A stretch of DNA of 64,000 nucleotides from Alphaproteobacteria bacterium (GTDB lineage: Bacteria > Pseudomonadota > Alphaproteobacteria > JAAXGF01), in contig CAUVXB020000001.1 in NCBI GenBank assembly GCA_963555825.3, positions 1,856,001-1,920,000 on the forward strand, written 5' to 3'. A program made the translations under genes and the position numbers. The notes under the pieces are model-generated. The model was given only the letters and a program-made list of their open reading frames with translations. It was not told where the DNA came from and ran no database searches. Below, one piece after another: positions 42,060 through 54,184 of the stretch (positions are counted from its first letter, which is position 1; every line of letters begins with the position of its first letter).

Positions 42060-43346
42060 TTAGGTCGAAATTCGCTCGATATCGGCGCCGCAGGCCGCCA
42101 GTTTCTCCTCGATCCGCTCGTAACCCCGGTCGAGGTGGTAGACGCGGTCGATGATCGTATCGCCCTCGGCGGCGAGACCCGCCAAGACGAGCGAAACCGA
42201 GGCGCGCAGGTCGGTCGCCATGACCGGTGCACCGATCAGCTTGGGCACGCCGCGGATCAACGCCGCCGCGCCATGCACCGTGATGTTGGCGCCCATGCGC
42301 GTCAGTTCCGGCACGTGCATGAAGCGGTTCTCGAAGATCGTCTCGCTGATCATGGCGGCGCCCTGCGCGGTCGCCATCACGGCCATCATCTGTGCCTGCA
42401 GGTCGGTCGGGAAGCCGGGATAGGGTTGGGTCATGATGTCGGTCCCGGTGACCATCGCGTTTTCGCGGCGCACGCGGACGCCGTTCTCGGTCGGCTCGAG
42501 CAAGACACCGGCCTCGGCGAACTTCTCGCCGACGACGCCAAGCAGGCTCATCTCGGCGCCGACCAGTTCGATGTCGCCGTCGGTGACCGCCGCCGCGGCG
42601 GCATAGGTGCCGGCCTCGATGCGGTCGAACACGACGGCGTAATCGGCGCCGTGCAGCGTCTCGGCGCCGGTGATGCGCAGCTCGTCGGTGCCGATCCCCT
42701 CGATCTCGGCGCCCATGGCGACCAGGCAGCGCGCCAGGTCGCATACCTCGGGCTCGCGCGCGGCATTGCCCAGCACCGTCTCGCCGTCGGCGAGGCACGC
42801 CGCCATCAGGAGGTTTTCGGTGGCGCCGACCGAGACTGTCGGGAACTGGATTTGCGCGCCCTTCAACCGTCGCGTCACCCTGGCGTCGACGTAGCCGTCG
42901 ACCAGATCGATCTCGGCGCCGAGCTGTGCCAGCCCCTTGAGGTGCAGATCGACCGGCCGGTTGCCGATGGCGCAGCCACCGGGCAGTGATACCCGCGCGC
43001 GGCCGCAGCGCGCAAGCAGCGGACCGAGCACCAGGACCGAGGCGCGCATGCGCCGCACGAGGTCGTAGCGCGCCGTCGTGTAGACGATGTTGCCGGCATT
43101 GAGCGCCAGCACCCGACCGGTGTGGCCGCCGTTGCCGGCCTCGCCGTCGAGGCTGAGCGCGACACCGAGTTGGCGCAGCAGCGAGGCGAGCGTCGTGATG
43201 TCGGCGACGTGCGGTAGGTTGCTCAGGCGCAGCGTCTCGCCGGTCAAAATGCTCGCCGCCATCAGGGGCAACGCCGCGTTCTTCGCGCCGCCGATGGCAA
43301 TCGCGCCCTTGAGCGGCCGCCCACCGCGAATCCGAATCTTGTCCAC
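42060..43346 (-). CDS. murA: UDP-N-acetylglucosamine 1-carboxyvinyltransferase
   Basis: [29 protein letters not shown]. Confidence 0.97.
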   Translation of the reverse strand: MDKIRIRGGRPLKGAIAIGGAKNAALPLMAASILTGETLRLSNLPHVADITTLASLLRQLGVALSLDGEAGNGGHTGRVLALNAGNIVYTTARYDLVRRMRASVLVLGPLLARCGRARVSLPGGCAIGNRPVDLHLKGLAQLGAEIDLVDGYVDARVTRRLKGAQIQFPTVSVGATENLLMAACLADGETVLGNAAREPEVCDLARCLVAMGAEIEGIGTDELRITGAETLHGADYAVVFDRIEAGTYAAAAAVTDGDIELVGAEMSLLGVVGEKFAEAGVLLEPTENGVRVRRENAMVTGTDIMTQPYPGFPTDLQAQMMAVMATAQGAAMISETIFENRFMHVPELTRMGANITVHGAAALIRGVPKLIGAPVMATDLRASVSLVLAGLAAEGDTIIDRVYHLDRGYERIEEKLAACGADIERIST

Positions 43347-43511
43347 GAACCACCCTTATCCCGCCGCCGTTCGGGCCCGTGACGGCGCGCGCAAGAAACG
43401 CCGCCGCGCGCGCCAATGCAAGCGCAAATATGGCACGGAACGCGCTGGAGCCCGGACGTGGCCTGTTTTACTCGAACGATGGGCGCCGCTCAAGCCGCCC
43501 CGCGCATCACA

Positions 43512-43703
43512 TCACTCGTCGACCGGATCGGTCGCGGCGGCGCTGCGCGCACGTTGTTGGTTTTTGCGCCGTATCAGATTTATGCGCAATTGCGCGGCGC
43601 GGCGCGATTCGCGCGCTTCCGCGTCGGGGCGTGCCGTTCCGGGCGGCGGGTCGGCGTCGCCGGGCCCGGATGTCGGCGTTGATCCTTGCGGCTTTCGAGC
43701 CAC
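43512..43703 (-). CDS. Small basic hypothetical protein; start uncertain
   Basis: AAQLRINLIRRKNQQRAR resembles the small gene usually found upstream of alphaproteobacterial murA. Confidence 0.6.
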   Translation of the reverse strand: MARKPQGSTPTSGPGDADPPPGTARPDAEARESRRAAQLRINLIRRKNQQRARSAAATDPVDE

Positions 43704-43783
43704 GTCGATGTCACTCGTTAATGTATGCCACGGCGACTTGCCTAGGCGGTGGCACTGTGGCATTTTGCGCGGCGCCCCTCAAG

Positions 43784-43858
<75 letters not shown>

Positions 43859-43927
43859 TTTTTCGTACACGGGGCGGAGAATTCGGCCAACGAACCTTGG
43901 AGTGCCGCGCCGATGTCGAGCCCCGGT

Positions 43928-45439
43928 ATGTCCCGTCTCAGTCACGCCCTTGGCGTTCTCGCCGTCGTCTGGCTCGCCGCCGCACCGGCTAGCGAGGGCC
44001 GCGCCGATCCGGCCGAAGCCGAGCGCATTCGCGGCGCCATCGAAGATGCCTTGGGCAGCCTCCAGTTTCCGTGGAAGGCCGGCGGTGAGATTACCGTCAA
44101 CGAGATCGGCGGCGCATATCACGTGGTGATTCCCGGCGTCACCCTGGACCCGGGGCAAGAGTTCGAGGGTCGGAGCGAGGGCATCCTCGATTTCGGCGAC
44201 GTCTCGATCATCGCCAAGCCGCTCGACGACGACCGCTATCACGTCGACGTCACGCTTCCCAACCGCATGTCGTTTCGCGAGCCGGGCGGCGAGGTCGCCG
44301 CGCTCATAACCATCGGCACGCAGCGTTTCGAGGGCGTCTGGGTGCCGGCCTTCGAGACCTTCATCGAGGCCGATGCGGCCTACCAAGACATCTGGCTGAC
44401 GGTTCCCGGTTCGCAACCCATGATGACTCTGTCCGAGCTCACCATGCGCGTCGCCGTGGAAGAGAATACGCCGGGTTCATGGAGCGGGCCGTCGGTAACC
44501 AAGTTGAGCCAGCTCCGCTTCGAGGTGCCCGAGAGCGGCGAGCGCTTCGGCCTCGGCGAATTCGAGGTGCGCGCTTATGTCGACGCCATGCGGCTCGGCG
44601 ACTGGAGCCGGTTCATGCGCGAGGTGACCGGCATGATCGAGCAGCTCCAGGCGCAAGCGGGCACGGCCGAACCCGACCCGGCGGCTCTGCTCGCCCTCTT
44701 GACCGACATGCCTCGACTCTTTTCCGGCGTGTGGTCGGACATGACGATTTCCAACGTCACTGCCGAGGACGCCAGCGGGGCGCGCGTCTTCGCCATGGAC
44801 CGCATGACGACGTATTTCGGCCTCAACGGTATCGACCAATCGCGCGCCGGCGCCCAGTTCCGCTACACCCATTCGGGCCTCGATGTCGCCGCGCTCGAGG
44901 GCGTCACGAAGCAGGTGGTGCCGGGTGACGAGACGGTCGAGATCGAAGCCGTCGACCTGCCGACCCAGGCCTTGTGGGAGGGCATCATCGAAGTCATCAA
45001 GTCGTCGGCCGAGATGCCCCCCGAGCTCGTCCAGATGATGCTGTTGCAGCGCGTGACCGAAGCGGTCTTCGCGGCATCGAGCGGCCTCAACATCACCAAG
45101 CTGAACCTCGATGCGCCGGGCATCGACATCACCGGCACCGGCGGCATCAAGGCCGACGGCGCGTCGATGCACGGCGTCACCGGGCAATTCGACGCGACGG
45201 TCCGCGGCATCGACAACATGGTTGCCGCGATGTCGGATGCGCCCGAGGACGACAACACCATGGAGATGGCCATGGCGCTCTCGATGATGCAGGCGCTCGG
45301 CGCTCCCGAGCCCGATGAGGACGGCGTCAGCGTCAGGCGCTATCTCCTGACCATCGGCGCGGACGGCCAAGTGCTGCTCAATGGCAACGATCTCATGGCG
45401 ATGCTCGGCCCGATGATGGGCCAACCGCCGGCGCCGTAG
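43928..45439 (+). CDS. Exported hypothetical protein (DUF2125/YdgA-like C-terminus)
   Basis: Signal peptide; ends ...YLLTIGADGQVLLNGNDL. Confidence 0.75.
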   Translation: MSRLSHALGVLAVVWLAAAPASEGRADPAEAERIRGAIEDALGSLQFPWKAGGEITVNEIGGAYHVVIPGVTLDPGQEFEGRSEGILDFGDVSIIAKPLDDDRYHVDVTLPNRMSFREPGGEVAALITIGTQRFEGVWVPAFETFIEADAAYQDIWLTVPGSQPMMTLSELTMRVAVEENTPGSWSGPSVTKLSQLRFEVPESGERFGLGEFEVRAYVDAMRLGDWSRFMREVTGMIEQLQAQAGTAEPDPAALLALLTDMPRLFSGVWSDMTISNVTAEDASGARVFAMDRMTTYFGLNGIDQSRAGAQFRYTHSGLDVAALEGVTKQVVPGDETVEIEAVDLPTQALWEGIIEVIKSSAEMPPELVQMMLLQRVTEAVFAASSGLNITKLNLDAPGIDITGTGGIKADGASMHGVTGQFDATVRGIDNMVAAMSDAPEDDNTMEMAMALSMMQALGAPEPDEDGVSVRRYLLTIGADGQVLLNGNDLMAMLGPMMGQPPAP

Positions 45440-45452
45440 CCCGTCACCGTCG

Positions 45453-45677
45453 ATGGACCACCTGCTCGACGTCAAGGGCCTCGCCTGTCCGCTGCCGGTG
45501 TTGCGCGCCAAGAAGGCGATTCGCGACGTGCCGCCCGGCGAGATTCTCGAAGTGCTCGCGACCGACCCAGGCGCAGTCAAGGACTTCGAGGCGTTCTGCG
45601 AGACCACCAAGCACACGCTTCTCGCCTGCTCCGAGGACGGCGGCGTCTACACCTTCCAGATCCGCAAGAAGAGCTGA
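45453..45677 (+). CDS. tusA: TusA-family sulfur carrier
   Basis: LDVKGLACPLP, ATDPG. Confidence 0.9.
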   Translation: MDHLLDVKGLACPLPVLRAKKAIRDVPPGEILEVLATDPGAVKDFEAFCETTKHTLLACSEDGGVYTFQIRKKS

Positions 45678-45724
45678 TCTCACCGCGCTTGCCAGCGGCG
45701 CCGCGCGGCCTTACCTTACGCCTG

Positions 45725-45820
45725 TCTCAACGGGGTGCCTCTGGCTGAGAGGCGTTGCGCCCATATGCAGCGTCGACCCGTCGAACCTGATCCGGATCAT
45801 ACCGGCGGAGGGATTTGAGA
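45725..45820 (+). promoter_or_regulatory. TPP riboswitch
   Basis: GGGGTGC..GCTGAGA...ACCC..GAACCTGATCCGGATCATACCGGCGGAGGGA; P1 tctcaa/ttgaga; upstream of thiB. Confidence 0.95.
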
Positions 45821-45869
45821 TCGGCTCGACACACCGCCTCACCTCCACCGCCAAGGAATGGAGGAAGAG

Positions 45870-46880
45870 GTGATCAAACCTATCGCGATTGTCGCCGGCA
45901 TGTTTATCGCCGGCATAGCGTTCCCCGCCGCGGCGGGGAACCACCAGCCGACGCTGACGGTCTACACGTACTCATCGTTCGTTTCCGAATGGGGCCCCGG
46001 CCCCGCCATCAAGCAGGCCTTCGAAGCCGACTGCGCCTGCACGCTCGACTTCGTCGGTCTCGAGGATGGCGTCTCGGTGCTCAGCCGCCTCAGGCTCGAG
46101 GGCGTCAATACGAAGGCCGATGTCGTGCTCGGCATCGACACGAGCATCATGGCCGAGGCCCGCGCGACGGGACTTCTGGCGCCCCACGGCGTCGACCTGG
46201 ACCACCTCGCCCTGCCGCATCCCTGGGACGACGACGTCTTCGTGCCGTTCGATTACGGGTACTTCGCCGTGATCTACGACAAGACGCGGCTGGCCGACCC
46301 GCCGACCAGCCTCGACGCGCTGGTCAACGGCGACCCGGCCGAGAAGATCGTCATACAGGACCCGCGCACCAGCACGCCCGGACTCGGCCTCTTGCTGTGG
46401 ATGCAGAAGGTCTACGGCGACGGTGCGCCTGACGCCTGGGCCAAGCTCAACGCGCGCGTGCTGACCGTGACCAAGGGTTGGAGCGAGGCCTACGGTATGT
46501 TCCTCGACGGCGAGGCGCCGATGGTGCTGAGCTACACCACCTCGCCGGCCTACCACGCGATCGTCGAGCAGGAGGACCGGTTCGTCGCGGCGACGTTCGC
46601 CGAAGGTCACTACATGCAGGTCGAGGTGGCGGCGCTGGTCAGGAGTGCGGCCGAGCCCGAGCTGGCGCGGCGCTTCCTGCGCTTCGTCGTCTCGCCCGGC
46701 TTCCAATCGACCATCCCGACCGGCAACTGGATGTATCCGGTGATCGAACTGGCCGAAGGCCTGCCGCCCGAGTTCGCCGCCCTGCCCAGGCCCGCCGCCG
46801 CGCTGTTGTTCGCGCCAGAGGCGGTCGCGGCCAACCGCAAGGGGTGGATCGACGCCTGGCTCGAGGCGATGAGCCGCTGA
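45870..46880 (+). CDS. thiB: Thiamine ABC transporter substrate-binding protein
   Basis: LTVYTYSSF.SEWGPG, DPRTSTPG, SYTTSPAYH, NWMYP. Confidence 0.95.
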   Translation: MIKPIAIVAGMFIAGIAFPAAAGNHQPTLTVYTYSSFVSEWGPGPAIKQAFEADCACTLDFVGLEDGVSVLSRLRLEGVNTKADVVLGIDTSIMAEARATGLLAPHGVDLDHLALPHPWDDDVFVPFDYGYFAVIYDKTRLADPPTSLDALVNGDPAEKIVIQDPRTSTPGLGLLLWMQKVYGDGAPDAWAKLNARVLTVTKGWSEAYGMFLDGEAPMVLSYTTSPAYHAIVEQEDRFVAATFAEGHYMQVEVAALVRSAAEPELARRFLRFVVSPGFQSTIPTGNWMYPVIELAEGLPPEFAALPRPAAALLFAPEAVAANRKGWIDAWLEAMSR

Positions 46881-48467
46881 TGGCGCGCGCCGCGCCGGCG
46901 CTGCTGCCCGGAATGGCGGTCCTCGCGGGGCTTGCGCTTCTGGTCGGCGGCGCGCTCGGCGCGCTGCTCGCGGCGGCGCCGGCGGACGCATCGGCCAGCC
47001 TGTGGGGCGACACCTATCTCGGCCGGGTCGTCGTGTTCACCCTGTGGCAGGCGTCGCTGTCGGCGCTGATCTCGGTCGGCATGGCGGTGGCGGTCGCGCG
47101 TGCGCTCGCGCGGCGCGCCGAATTTCCGGGGCGCGATCTGCTGCTCCGTCTGTTCGGCCTGCCGCTGGTCATCCCGGTCATCGTCGCGGTGCTTGGCATG
47201 GTTGCGGTCTATGGCCAGAACGGCATGGTCAACCGGCTGCTCGCCGGGATCGGCCTGCCGACCGGCCAGTTCCTCTACGGTCTCTCCGGCATTCTCATCG
47301 CCCATGTCTTCTTCAACATGCCGCTGGCGACGCGGTTGCTGCTCTACGCCTGGCAATCGGTGCCCGGCGAGACCTGGCGGCTGGCGAGCCAGCTCGGCAT
47401 GTCGTCGGGTCAGATCTTCCGGCTGATCGAATGGCCGCTGCTGCGCCACGTCATCCCGGGCGTCGCCGGGCTGGTGTTCATGCTCTGCTTCACCAGCTTC
47501 ACAGTTGTGCTCACGCTGGGCGGCGGGCCCGGCGGGACGATCATCGAGGTGGCGATCTATCAGGCGCTCCGGCTCGACTTCGACCTGACCCGGGCGGTCA
47601 CCCTCGCGCTCGTTCAAATTGCTTTGTGCGCCGCCTTCGTCGGCTGCGGCATGCGTTTCGCCCGTGCCGTGTCGACGGCCCCCACCGAGGGCCGACTGCT
47701 CGGCCGGCCCGACATCGCGTCGCGCGGTGGGCGCATCGCCGATGCCCTGGTGATCGTCGTGGCGGTCATCATCGTGCTGCTGCCCCTGGTCGCCGTGGTC
47801 GCCGCCGGGCTGCGCGGGCCGCTCATCGACGTGCTGGCCGACGCGACGCTGTGGCGCGCGGCGGCGCGCAGCCTCACGATCGCGCTCTCGGCCGGGGTGC
47901 TCGCGCTGGTCCTCGGCTGGGCGATCCTGCTGACCAGCCGCGAGCTGCGCATGCGCCGCTGGCGCCCGCGCGCCGCCGAGGCGGTCGAGTTGAGTGGCTC
48001 GCTCGTGCTGGTCGTTTCGCCGATCGTGCTCGGCGCCGGCCTGTTCGTCGCCTTGATGCCGTTGACCGACGTTTTCTCGGTCGGCCTCGAATTGGTCGTC
48101 GTGGTCAACGCGATGATGGGGCTGCCCTATGTCATTCGGCTCTTGGGGCCTCCGCTGATGCGCGTCGCCGAGCAGCACGACCGGTTGTGCGCCAGCCTGG
48201 GCATCGCCGGCTGGAACCGCCTCGGTCTCGTCGAGTGGCCCGTGCTGCGCCGTCCGGCCGGGCTCGCGCTCGCCGTCTGCTCGGCGCTCGCGATGGGTGA
48301 TCTGGGCGCCATCGCCCTGTTTGGCACGCGCGAGACGGCGACGCTGCCGCTGCTTCTCTACCAGCGCATGGGCAGCTACCGGCTCGACGAGGCGGCGGTG
48401 ACGGCGTTGGTCCTGGTGACGATGTGTTTGGTTCTGTTCGTCGTCATCGAACGCGGGATGGGCGGTC

Positions 48468-48481
<14 letters not shown>
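46880..48481 (+). CDS. thiP: Thiamine ABC transporter permease
   Basis: FTLWQASLS, AHVFFNMPL, CFTSF, GSYR. Confidence 0.93.
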
Positions 48482-49175
<694 letters not shown>

Positions 49176-49312
49176 CGGGGTGGTCCGAGGCAAGGTACCG
49201 ACGGGAGGACGCCGGACGCGGTGATGGCAATGCGTCGTGTCAGCTTCGCACCATGATCATCGAGACGAAACTGGAAGCTCGATGGTCGGTTGGCCCGGAG
49301 TGGGGATTGGCG

Positions 49313-49387
49313 ATGTCCGCTTTACGTCCCCAATCAGACATCCGCGACAAGTTCACCGGATGTCGAAAATTGACCCTAGGTGGTCAT
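49313..49387. repeat. Paired imperfect palindrome (29-18-28 bp)
   Basis: atgtc-cgctttacgtccccaatca-gacat, 18 bp, atgtc-gaaaattgaccctaggtg-gtcat. Confidence 0.65.
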
Positions 49388-49464
49388 CTGTGGTGATTCT
49401 CGATCAACGCGGATGCTTCACCGTTCGCTGTATGTCGGTGGCGTTGTGCATGTATTCTCCCGAA

Positions 49465-50043
49465 ATGAACCTCGTACTCAAGAGCGAGCGACTCTTGCTT
49501 CGGCCTTTGGCGGAAACGGATGCGCATGTGGAAGTTGAAATGGGTACAAACCCAGAGGTCATGAGGCACATCGGCGGGGTGGAAACGAAAGACGAAATTG
49601 TCAGAGAAATGGCGAAATACACTAAACGATGCGCTGGCGGGTGTATTGGAGTCTGGTGCGTGATCGATCGCTCGACGAATGAAAAACTGGGAAATGCAAT
49701 GCTCCTGCCATTGCCCATTGACGAGGACGACACGAACTGGGATTTGGTGGCCGGAGATGACCTGCCGGAGGGTGAAATTGAGATTGGCTACATGTTCAGG
49801 AAATCGGCATGGGGCAAAGGCTACGCAACAGAGGCCTGCAATCGCTTGCTGAAATTCGCATTCGAAGAGACGCCCTTGAATGAAGTCGTTGCCGTCGTAG
49901 ACTCACAGAACACCACCTCACGGAATGTGGTCGAGAAATGCGGCATGGCCTTTGAAGGCATGCGCCGCGCCTATGCGGAGCAATGCCTGGGCTTTCGGAT
50001 CACCCGCCAGCAGTGGTTGGAAAGAAATCAAAGAGCCTCCTGA
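49465..50043 (+). CDS. GNAT N-acetyltransferase (RimJ/RimL type)
   Basis: SERLLLRP, EIGY...WGKGYATEA, N..S..V.EKCG; lower GC than flanks. Confidence 0.9.
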   Translation: MNLVLKSERLLLRPLAETDAHVEVEMGTNPEVMRHIGGVETKDEIVREMAKYTKRCAGGCIGVWCVIDRSTNEKLGNAMLLPLPIDEDDTNWDLVAGDDLPEGEIEIGYMFRKSAWGKGYATEACNRLLKFAFEETPLNEVVAVVDSQNTTSRNVVEKCGMAFEGMRRAYAEQCLGFRITRQQWLERNQRAS

Positions 50044-50098
50044 CGTAGCATTCAGACCATTCAGCAACGCCCAAATCGCGATGTTGTTTCCCAACCGC

Positions 50099-50173
50099 AT
50101 GGCAACTCTTGGCTATTCGCGGACATCTGTTGGGTAACGCTGCGGTGGCGGCTTGGCGCGTGATAGCGGACGT
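50099..50173. repeat. Paired imperfect palindrome, mirror orientation (28-18-29 bp)
   Basis: atggc-N18-gacat, 18 bp, gtggc-N19-gacgt. Confidence 0.65.
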
Positions 50174-50221
50174 CGGCGGGCCACTTCGCTGGACGGAAGG
50201 CTAGGCCCATTGCGCTTCTTA

Positions 50222-51397
50222 TACCAGTGAGCCTATGAAATCACCTTCATGATCCATGGATAGGCGCAGAGGGTTCGCATACGATCCGGTTCTGCGATGA
50301 GGTCGATCCATGCTTGGCAACAGGCGTCGATGATGGCCTCGGTGTCGTCGAGGACGCGGAGCGATAGGAAGCGTTCGCGTAGGTAGAGCCAAACCCGCTC
50401 GACGGGGTTGAGTTCGGGACTGTAAGGCGGCAACAGCGCCAAGGTGACGTTGTCGGGGACGGTGAGGGCGCGCTCGTCGTGCCAACCGGCGCCGTCGCAC
50501 ATCATGACGGCGTGCGCATCCTGGTCCAGGGTATCGGCGAAGTGTGCGAGAAACAGGTCCATGACCTTGGCGTTGACGCTCGGCATCACCAGGGTGACGT
50601 CGTCGCCGGTGTCCGGGCGCACGGCGGAGAAGATGTAGGCCCACTGGTAGCCGATTTGACGCGTCCCGGGGGCACGCTCGCCCCTGCGCCACCACCGGTG
50701 ACACACCCGGCCCTTGTTGCCGACGCGCGCTTCATCCTGAAACCACAGCTGTAGGCGCTTGTCGGGATGCGCCGCGGCGGTCGCCTTCAGGATGTCGCGA
50801 AGCCCCCTTTTTTGAAGCGCTCCTGCGCTTCGGCGTCCCTTCGCGGGTGGCTCGGGCGCGCCTTCTGGCGGGAAAATCCCATCCGCCGTAGAACCCGGGT
50901 CATGCTCGAGGGGTGGTAGGTCTTGGCGAAGCGCTCCTCCAGCCAGCGGCACAGATCGGCCCGGGTCCAGGCGCAAACCCCGTCGCGCTCAGGCTCCGGC
51001 CCGGCGATGATGACCGCCGCCAGCGCCGCTTCCTCGTCTGCCGTCAGCCGCCGCGGCGAGTAGCCCTTTGGACGGTCGTGAAGCCCCTCCAATCCCTTTG
51101 CATTGTAACGAACAACCGCGTCGCGAAGCGTTTGGCGATCCATCCCCGCAAGCCGCGCGGCATCAGCCCGGGGCATCTCCTCCAAAGCATTCGCGATCCC
51201 ATAGGCCCGCGCCGCCGCTCGACCGTACGATTCCACGCGAGCCCAGCGCCGAAGCTCCAAAGGCGTCAAATCATCCCGTATCTTGAGTGCTGATCCCATG
51301 ACATCCCCCACATCTGGTGGGAGACCATAGAATCACAATCCGCCATCATCCGCCATCAATGAATATCCCGAGAGTCAATTCAGGCGCTCACTGGTAT
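50222..51397 (-). mobile_element. IS630-family element (distinct from 29042-30203)
   Basis: IRs taccagtgagc / gctcactggta, TA flanks; ORFs 50787-51299 and 50233-~50810 joined at A6G; WFQDEAR, DGAGWH, SPELNPVE. Confidence 0.92.
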
Positions 51398-51497
51398 TAG
51401 ATCAGCCGACGAGGCACCAGCTTCTCGGGTTCAGCCACGAGGTCGCTGGCAATCGCCTTGGCGGTCTCGCCACATAGCAGCGGGCCGAGGACACCGT

Positions 51498-52178
51498 TCA
51501 TTCAGCGGTTGACGACAAGCAGTCGAGGACGGCCCGCACCTGCGCGGCAAAGTCGTCGCGCCCGGGTGCGAAGCTACCCTCGAAAAGCACAGTTCCTATG
51601 GTGAAGCCATCGACGCCGGCGTCATCGAGGAGCTTGATCTGAGCGCGGTCGACGATGCTGCCCGCGACGATCAGTTCACCGCCCTCGAGGGCAGTTCGGG
51701 CGGCTCTCACGAGGTCGATCGGCGCGGCGTCGACCGCTCGGTAGGCGAGTAAATCGGCGCCGGCACAGCCCTCCGCCATGTATTCCCGGCAGTCCCTGGC
51801 AATGTCCTCGGGCCGACCTTCGAGGCGCGTCGGGTGGTCGACCGGATGTCCCGGAAAGGGAAAATACGCGATGCCGGTGCCCGACAGGATCGCCTTGACG
51901 GCGCCGATGTCGGTACCCCCCAGAAGCCGGTCGACGCCAATGTCGACGGCTGTCCGGGCCGAATTAAGGCACGCCGCCGGCGTTTCGCTAACGACTTCCA
52001 TGTAACTCGTGGCCCCGGCGTTCTTGATGCGCCTGTTCAGCTCGATGAGTGTCTCATGCGAAACGCCGACGTCCTTGAACCCGATATGTCGAAGATCGAG
52101 CGGCAGCACCTGGTCCAACATGTCCAGGCAATTCGGGACCGTCTCGTCGTCCTGGGTCAGCATGAGGATGAAGTACAT
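51498..52178 (-). CDS. Putative TIM-barrel protein of uncertain function
   Basis: FILMLT, HIGFKDVG, YMEVVS, DLLAYR, IVAGSI, FTIGT. Confidence 0.7.
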   Translation of the reverse strand: MYFILMLTQDDETVPNCLDMLDQVLPLDLRHIGFKDVGVSHETLIELNRRIKNAGATSYMEVVSETPAACLNSARTAVDIGVDRLLGGTDIGAVKAILSGTGIAYFPFPGHPVDHPTRLEGRPEDIARDCREYMAEGCAGADLLAYRAVDAAPIDLVRAARTALEGGELIVAGSIVDRAQIKLLDDAGVDGFTIGTVLFEGSFAPGRDDFAAQVRAVLDCLSSTAE

Positions 52179-52302
52179 CGTACGCCCCGGCGCATCGTCG
52201 CGATCACGGCATTCAGATTGATGACGTGTCGGTAACTACCATAGTGAATTCTGTCGGCCCGTCATCCGTGATGGCCGGCTCATCGGTGTGGCGAGGATCG
52301 CC

Positions 52303-52716
52303 TTAGGCCTCCATCATTACCTTGCGCAGCACCAGCTTCTCTGGCTCGGCCATCAGGCCGCTGGCGATCGCCTCGGCGGGCGGCTTGAAGCTGATCTCGA
52401 CCGGTTCGTGCGGCGGCACGACCGGCTCGCCGTCGGCCGCGACCGCGTAGTAGATCGGCGTGTAGTTGACGTGGCTCCACGGGCTGAACAGCGTGCCCGG
52501 CGCGTGCAACAAAGCGCCGACCGTGATGTCGAGCCCGGTCTCCTCGCGGAACTCGCGGACCAGCGCCTGCTCGGCGGTCTCGCTTGCCTCGACCCCGCCG
52601 CCCGGGAACTTCCAGGCGAATACCTCGCCGATGTACTCGGCCGAGATCAACACGCGGCCGGCGCGCAGCAGCACACCATAGGCGCGATAGTTCTCGGGAT
52701 TGTCGTCGGTCGACAT
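52303..52716 (-). CDS. NUDIX hydrolase
   Basis: PGGGVEASETAEQALVREFREETGL. Confidence 0.93.
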   Translation of the reverse strand: MSTDDNPENYRAYGVLLRAGRVLISAEYIGEVFAWKFPGGGVEASETAEQALVREFREETGLDITVGALLHAPGTLFSPWSHVNYTPIYYAVAADGEPVVPPHEPVEISFKPPAEAIASGLMAEPEKLVLRKVMMEA

Positions 52717-52782
52717 CGAGTCGCTCCATTTGCCTCCAATACTCCGCGCCTATAGTAGCCCGACCCGCAACCGGAGGCGACG

Positions 52783-54030
52783 ATGGACCGCATGTTCCCC
52801 GAGACCGGCCGCGACTGGGACGCACTCGAGCACGAGATGATCGAGGCGAGCCGCGACGACCTGCCGTGGCGCACCGGACGGACCCACAAGACGGCCTTCC
52901 ACGCGAGCGACGATGTGCTCGAGGTCGTCGAGAAGGCGTATACAAAATATCTAGGTGACAACGCGCTTTACACGGCGTTCTTCAAGAGTCTCTGGAAGTT
53001 CGAGAAGGAGATTCTCGGGATGACCGCCGAGATGCTCAACGGCGACGCGGCGACCGCCGGTATCACCACCGCGGGCGGCACTGAAAGCAACCTGATCGCG
53101 GTCAAGGCGGCGCGCGATTACGCCCGAACCCACCGGCCCCTGGCGAGGGCGCCCGAGATCCTGTGCGCGCGCACCGCGCACCCCTCGTTCAACAAGGCGG
53201 CCGACATTCTGGGCCTCACCGTCGTGCGCGTGCCGCACGGCGCCGACTACCGCGCCGACGTCGCCGCCATGGCCAACGCGGTCACCGACGACACGGTGAT
53301 GATCGTCGGCTCGGCGCCGTGCTGGTCGTTCGGCGTCATCGACCCGATCCCGGCGCTCGCCGAGCTTGCCGCCGGTCACGGCCTGTGGATGCATGTCGAC
53401 GCCTGCGTCGGCGGCTTCATCTCGCCCTGGATCCGACGCCTCGGCTATCCGATCGACGACTTCGATCTCGGCGTCGCCGGTGTCTGGTCGATCTCGGCGG
53501 ACGCCCACAAATACGGCTACGCGGCGAAGAACATCTCGACGCTGAGCTTCCGCAGCGCGGCGTTGCGCGATTTGACCCGCTTCCATTTCGAGGACTGGCC
53601 GTCCGGCGCCTATGCGACCAACACCTTCCTCGGCTCGCGCACCGGCGGCTCGATCGCGGCCGCCTGGGCCGTGATGAACTATCTCGGCACGGCGGGCTAC
53701 GAGAAATTCGCCGGTATCTCGATGGGCGCGGTCGATCGGCTCAAGGCCGGCATCGCCGCCATCGACGGCCTCGCGCTGCGCGGCGATCCGCCGGTCACGC
53801 TGTTCGCCTTCGGCTCGGACACATATGACATCTTCGCCGTCGCCGAGGCGATGGAGCGCCGCGGCTGGATCGTCAACCGCTGCAAGGAACCGCCGTCGAT
53901 CCACGTCATCATCAATCCGGTCCATGCGCCGTTGATCGACGACTACCTCGCCGACCTGGCGGCGAGCGTCGACGCGGTCAGGCGTGGCCACAACCTGGCG
54001 GCCGACTCGCGCGTGTCCTATGCCGAATAG
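52783..54030 (+). CDS. Group II PLP-dependent enzyme, sphingosine-1-phosphate lyase-like
   Basis: TAGGTES, AHPSFNKAA, GVIDPI, HVDACVGGF, SADAHKYGY, GSR.GG. Confidence 0.85.
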   Translation: MDRMFPETGRDWDALEHEMIEASRDDLPWRTGRTHKTAFHASDDVLEVVEKAYTKYLGDNALYTAFFKSLWKFEKEILGMTAEMLNGDAATAGITTAGGTESNLIAVKAARDYARTHRPLARAPEILCARTAHPSFNKAADILGLTVVRVPHGADYRADVAAMANAVTDDTVMIVGSAPCWSFGVIDPIPALAELAAGHGLWMHVDACVGGFISPWIRRLGYPIDDFDLGVAGVWSISADAHKYGYAAKNISTLSFRSAALRDLTRFHFEDWPSGAYATNTFLGSRTGGSIAAAWAVMNYLGTAGYEKFAGISMGAVDRLKAGIAAIDGLALRGDPPVTLFAFGSDTYDIFAVAEAMERRGWIVNRCKEPPSIHVIINPVHAPLIDDYLADLAASVDAVRRGHNLAADSRVSYAE

Positions 54031-54184
54031 CCGCCGCCCTCGACGCGCTCGCCGCATGAGCATTGCTAATACCCGGTTCAAGAATTGATCGCTTGCCCGC
54101 CGCTTGCCGATCACCTATCTCCTCAATTGCGGTCTCGGCTATGATCGCGGCCGCGGCCTTCCCGAGTTGTGCCGGAATCGTCTG

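Noticed and set aside
49313-50173. Classical integron cassette
   Set aside because: No IntI gene and no attC core-site pattern at the ends.
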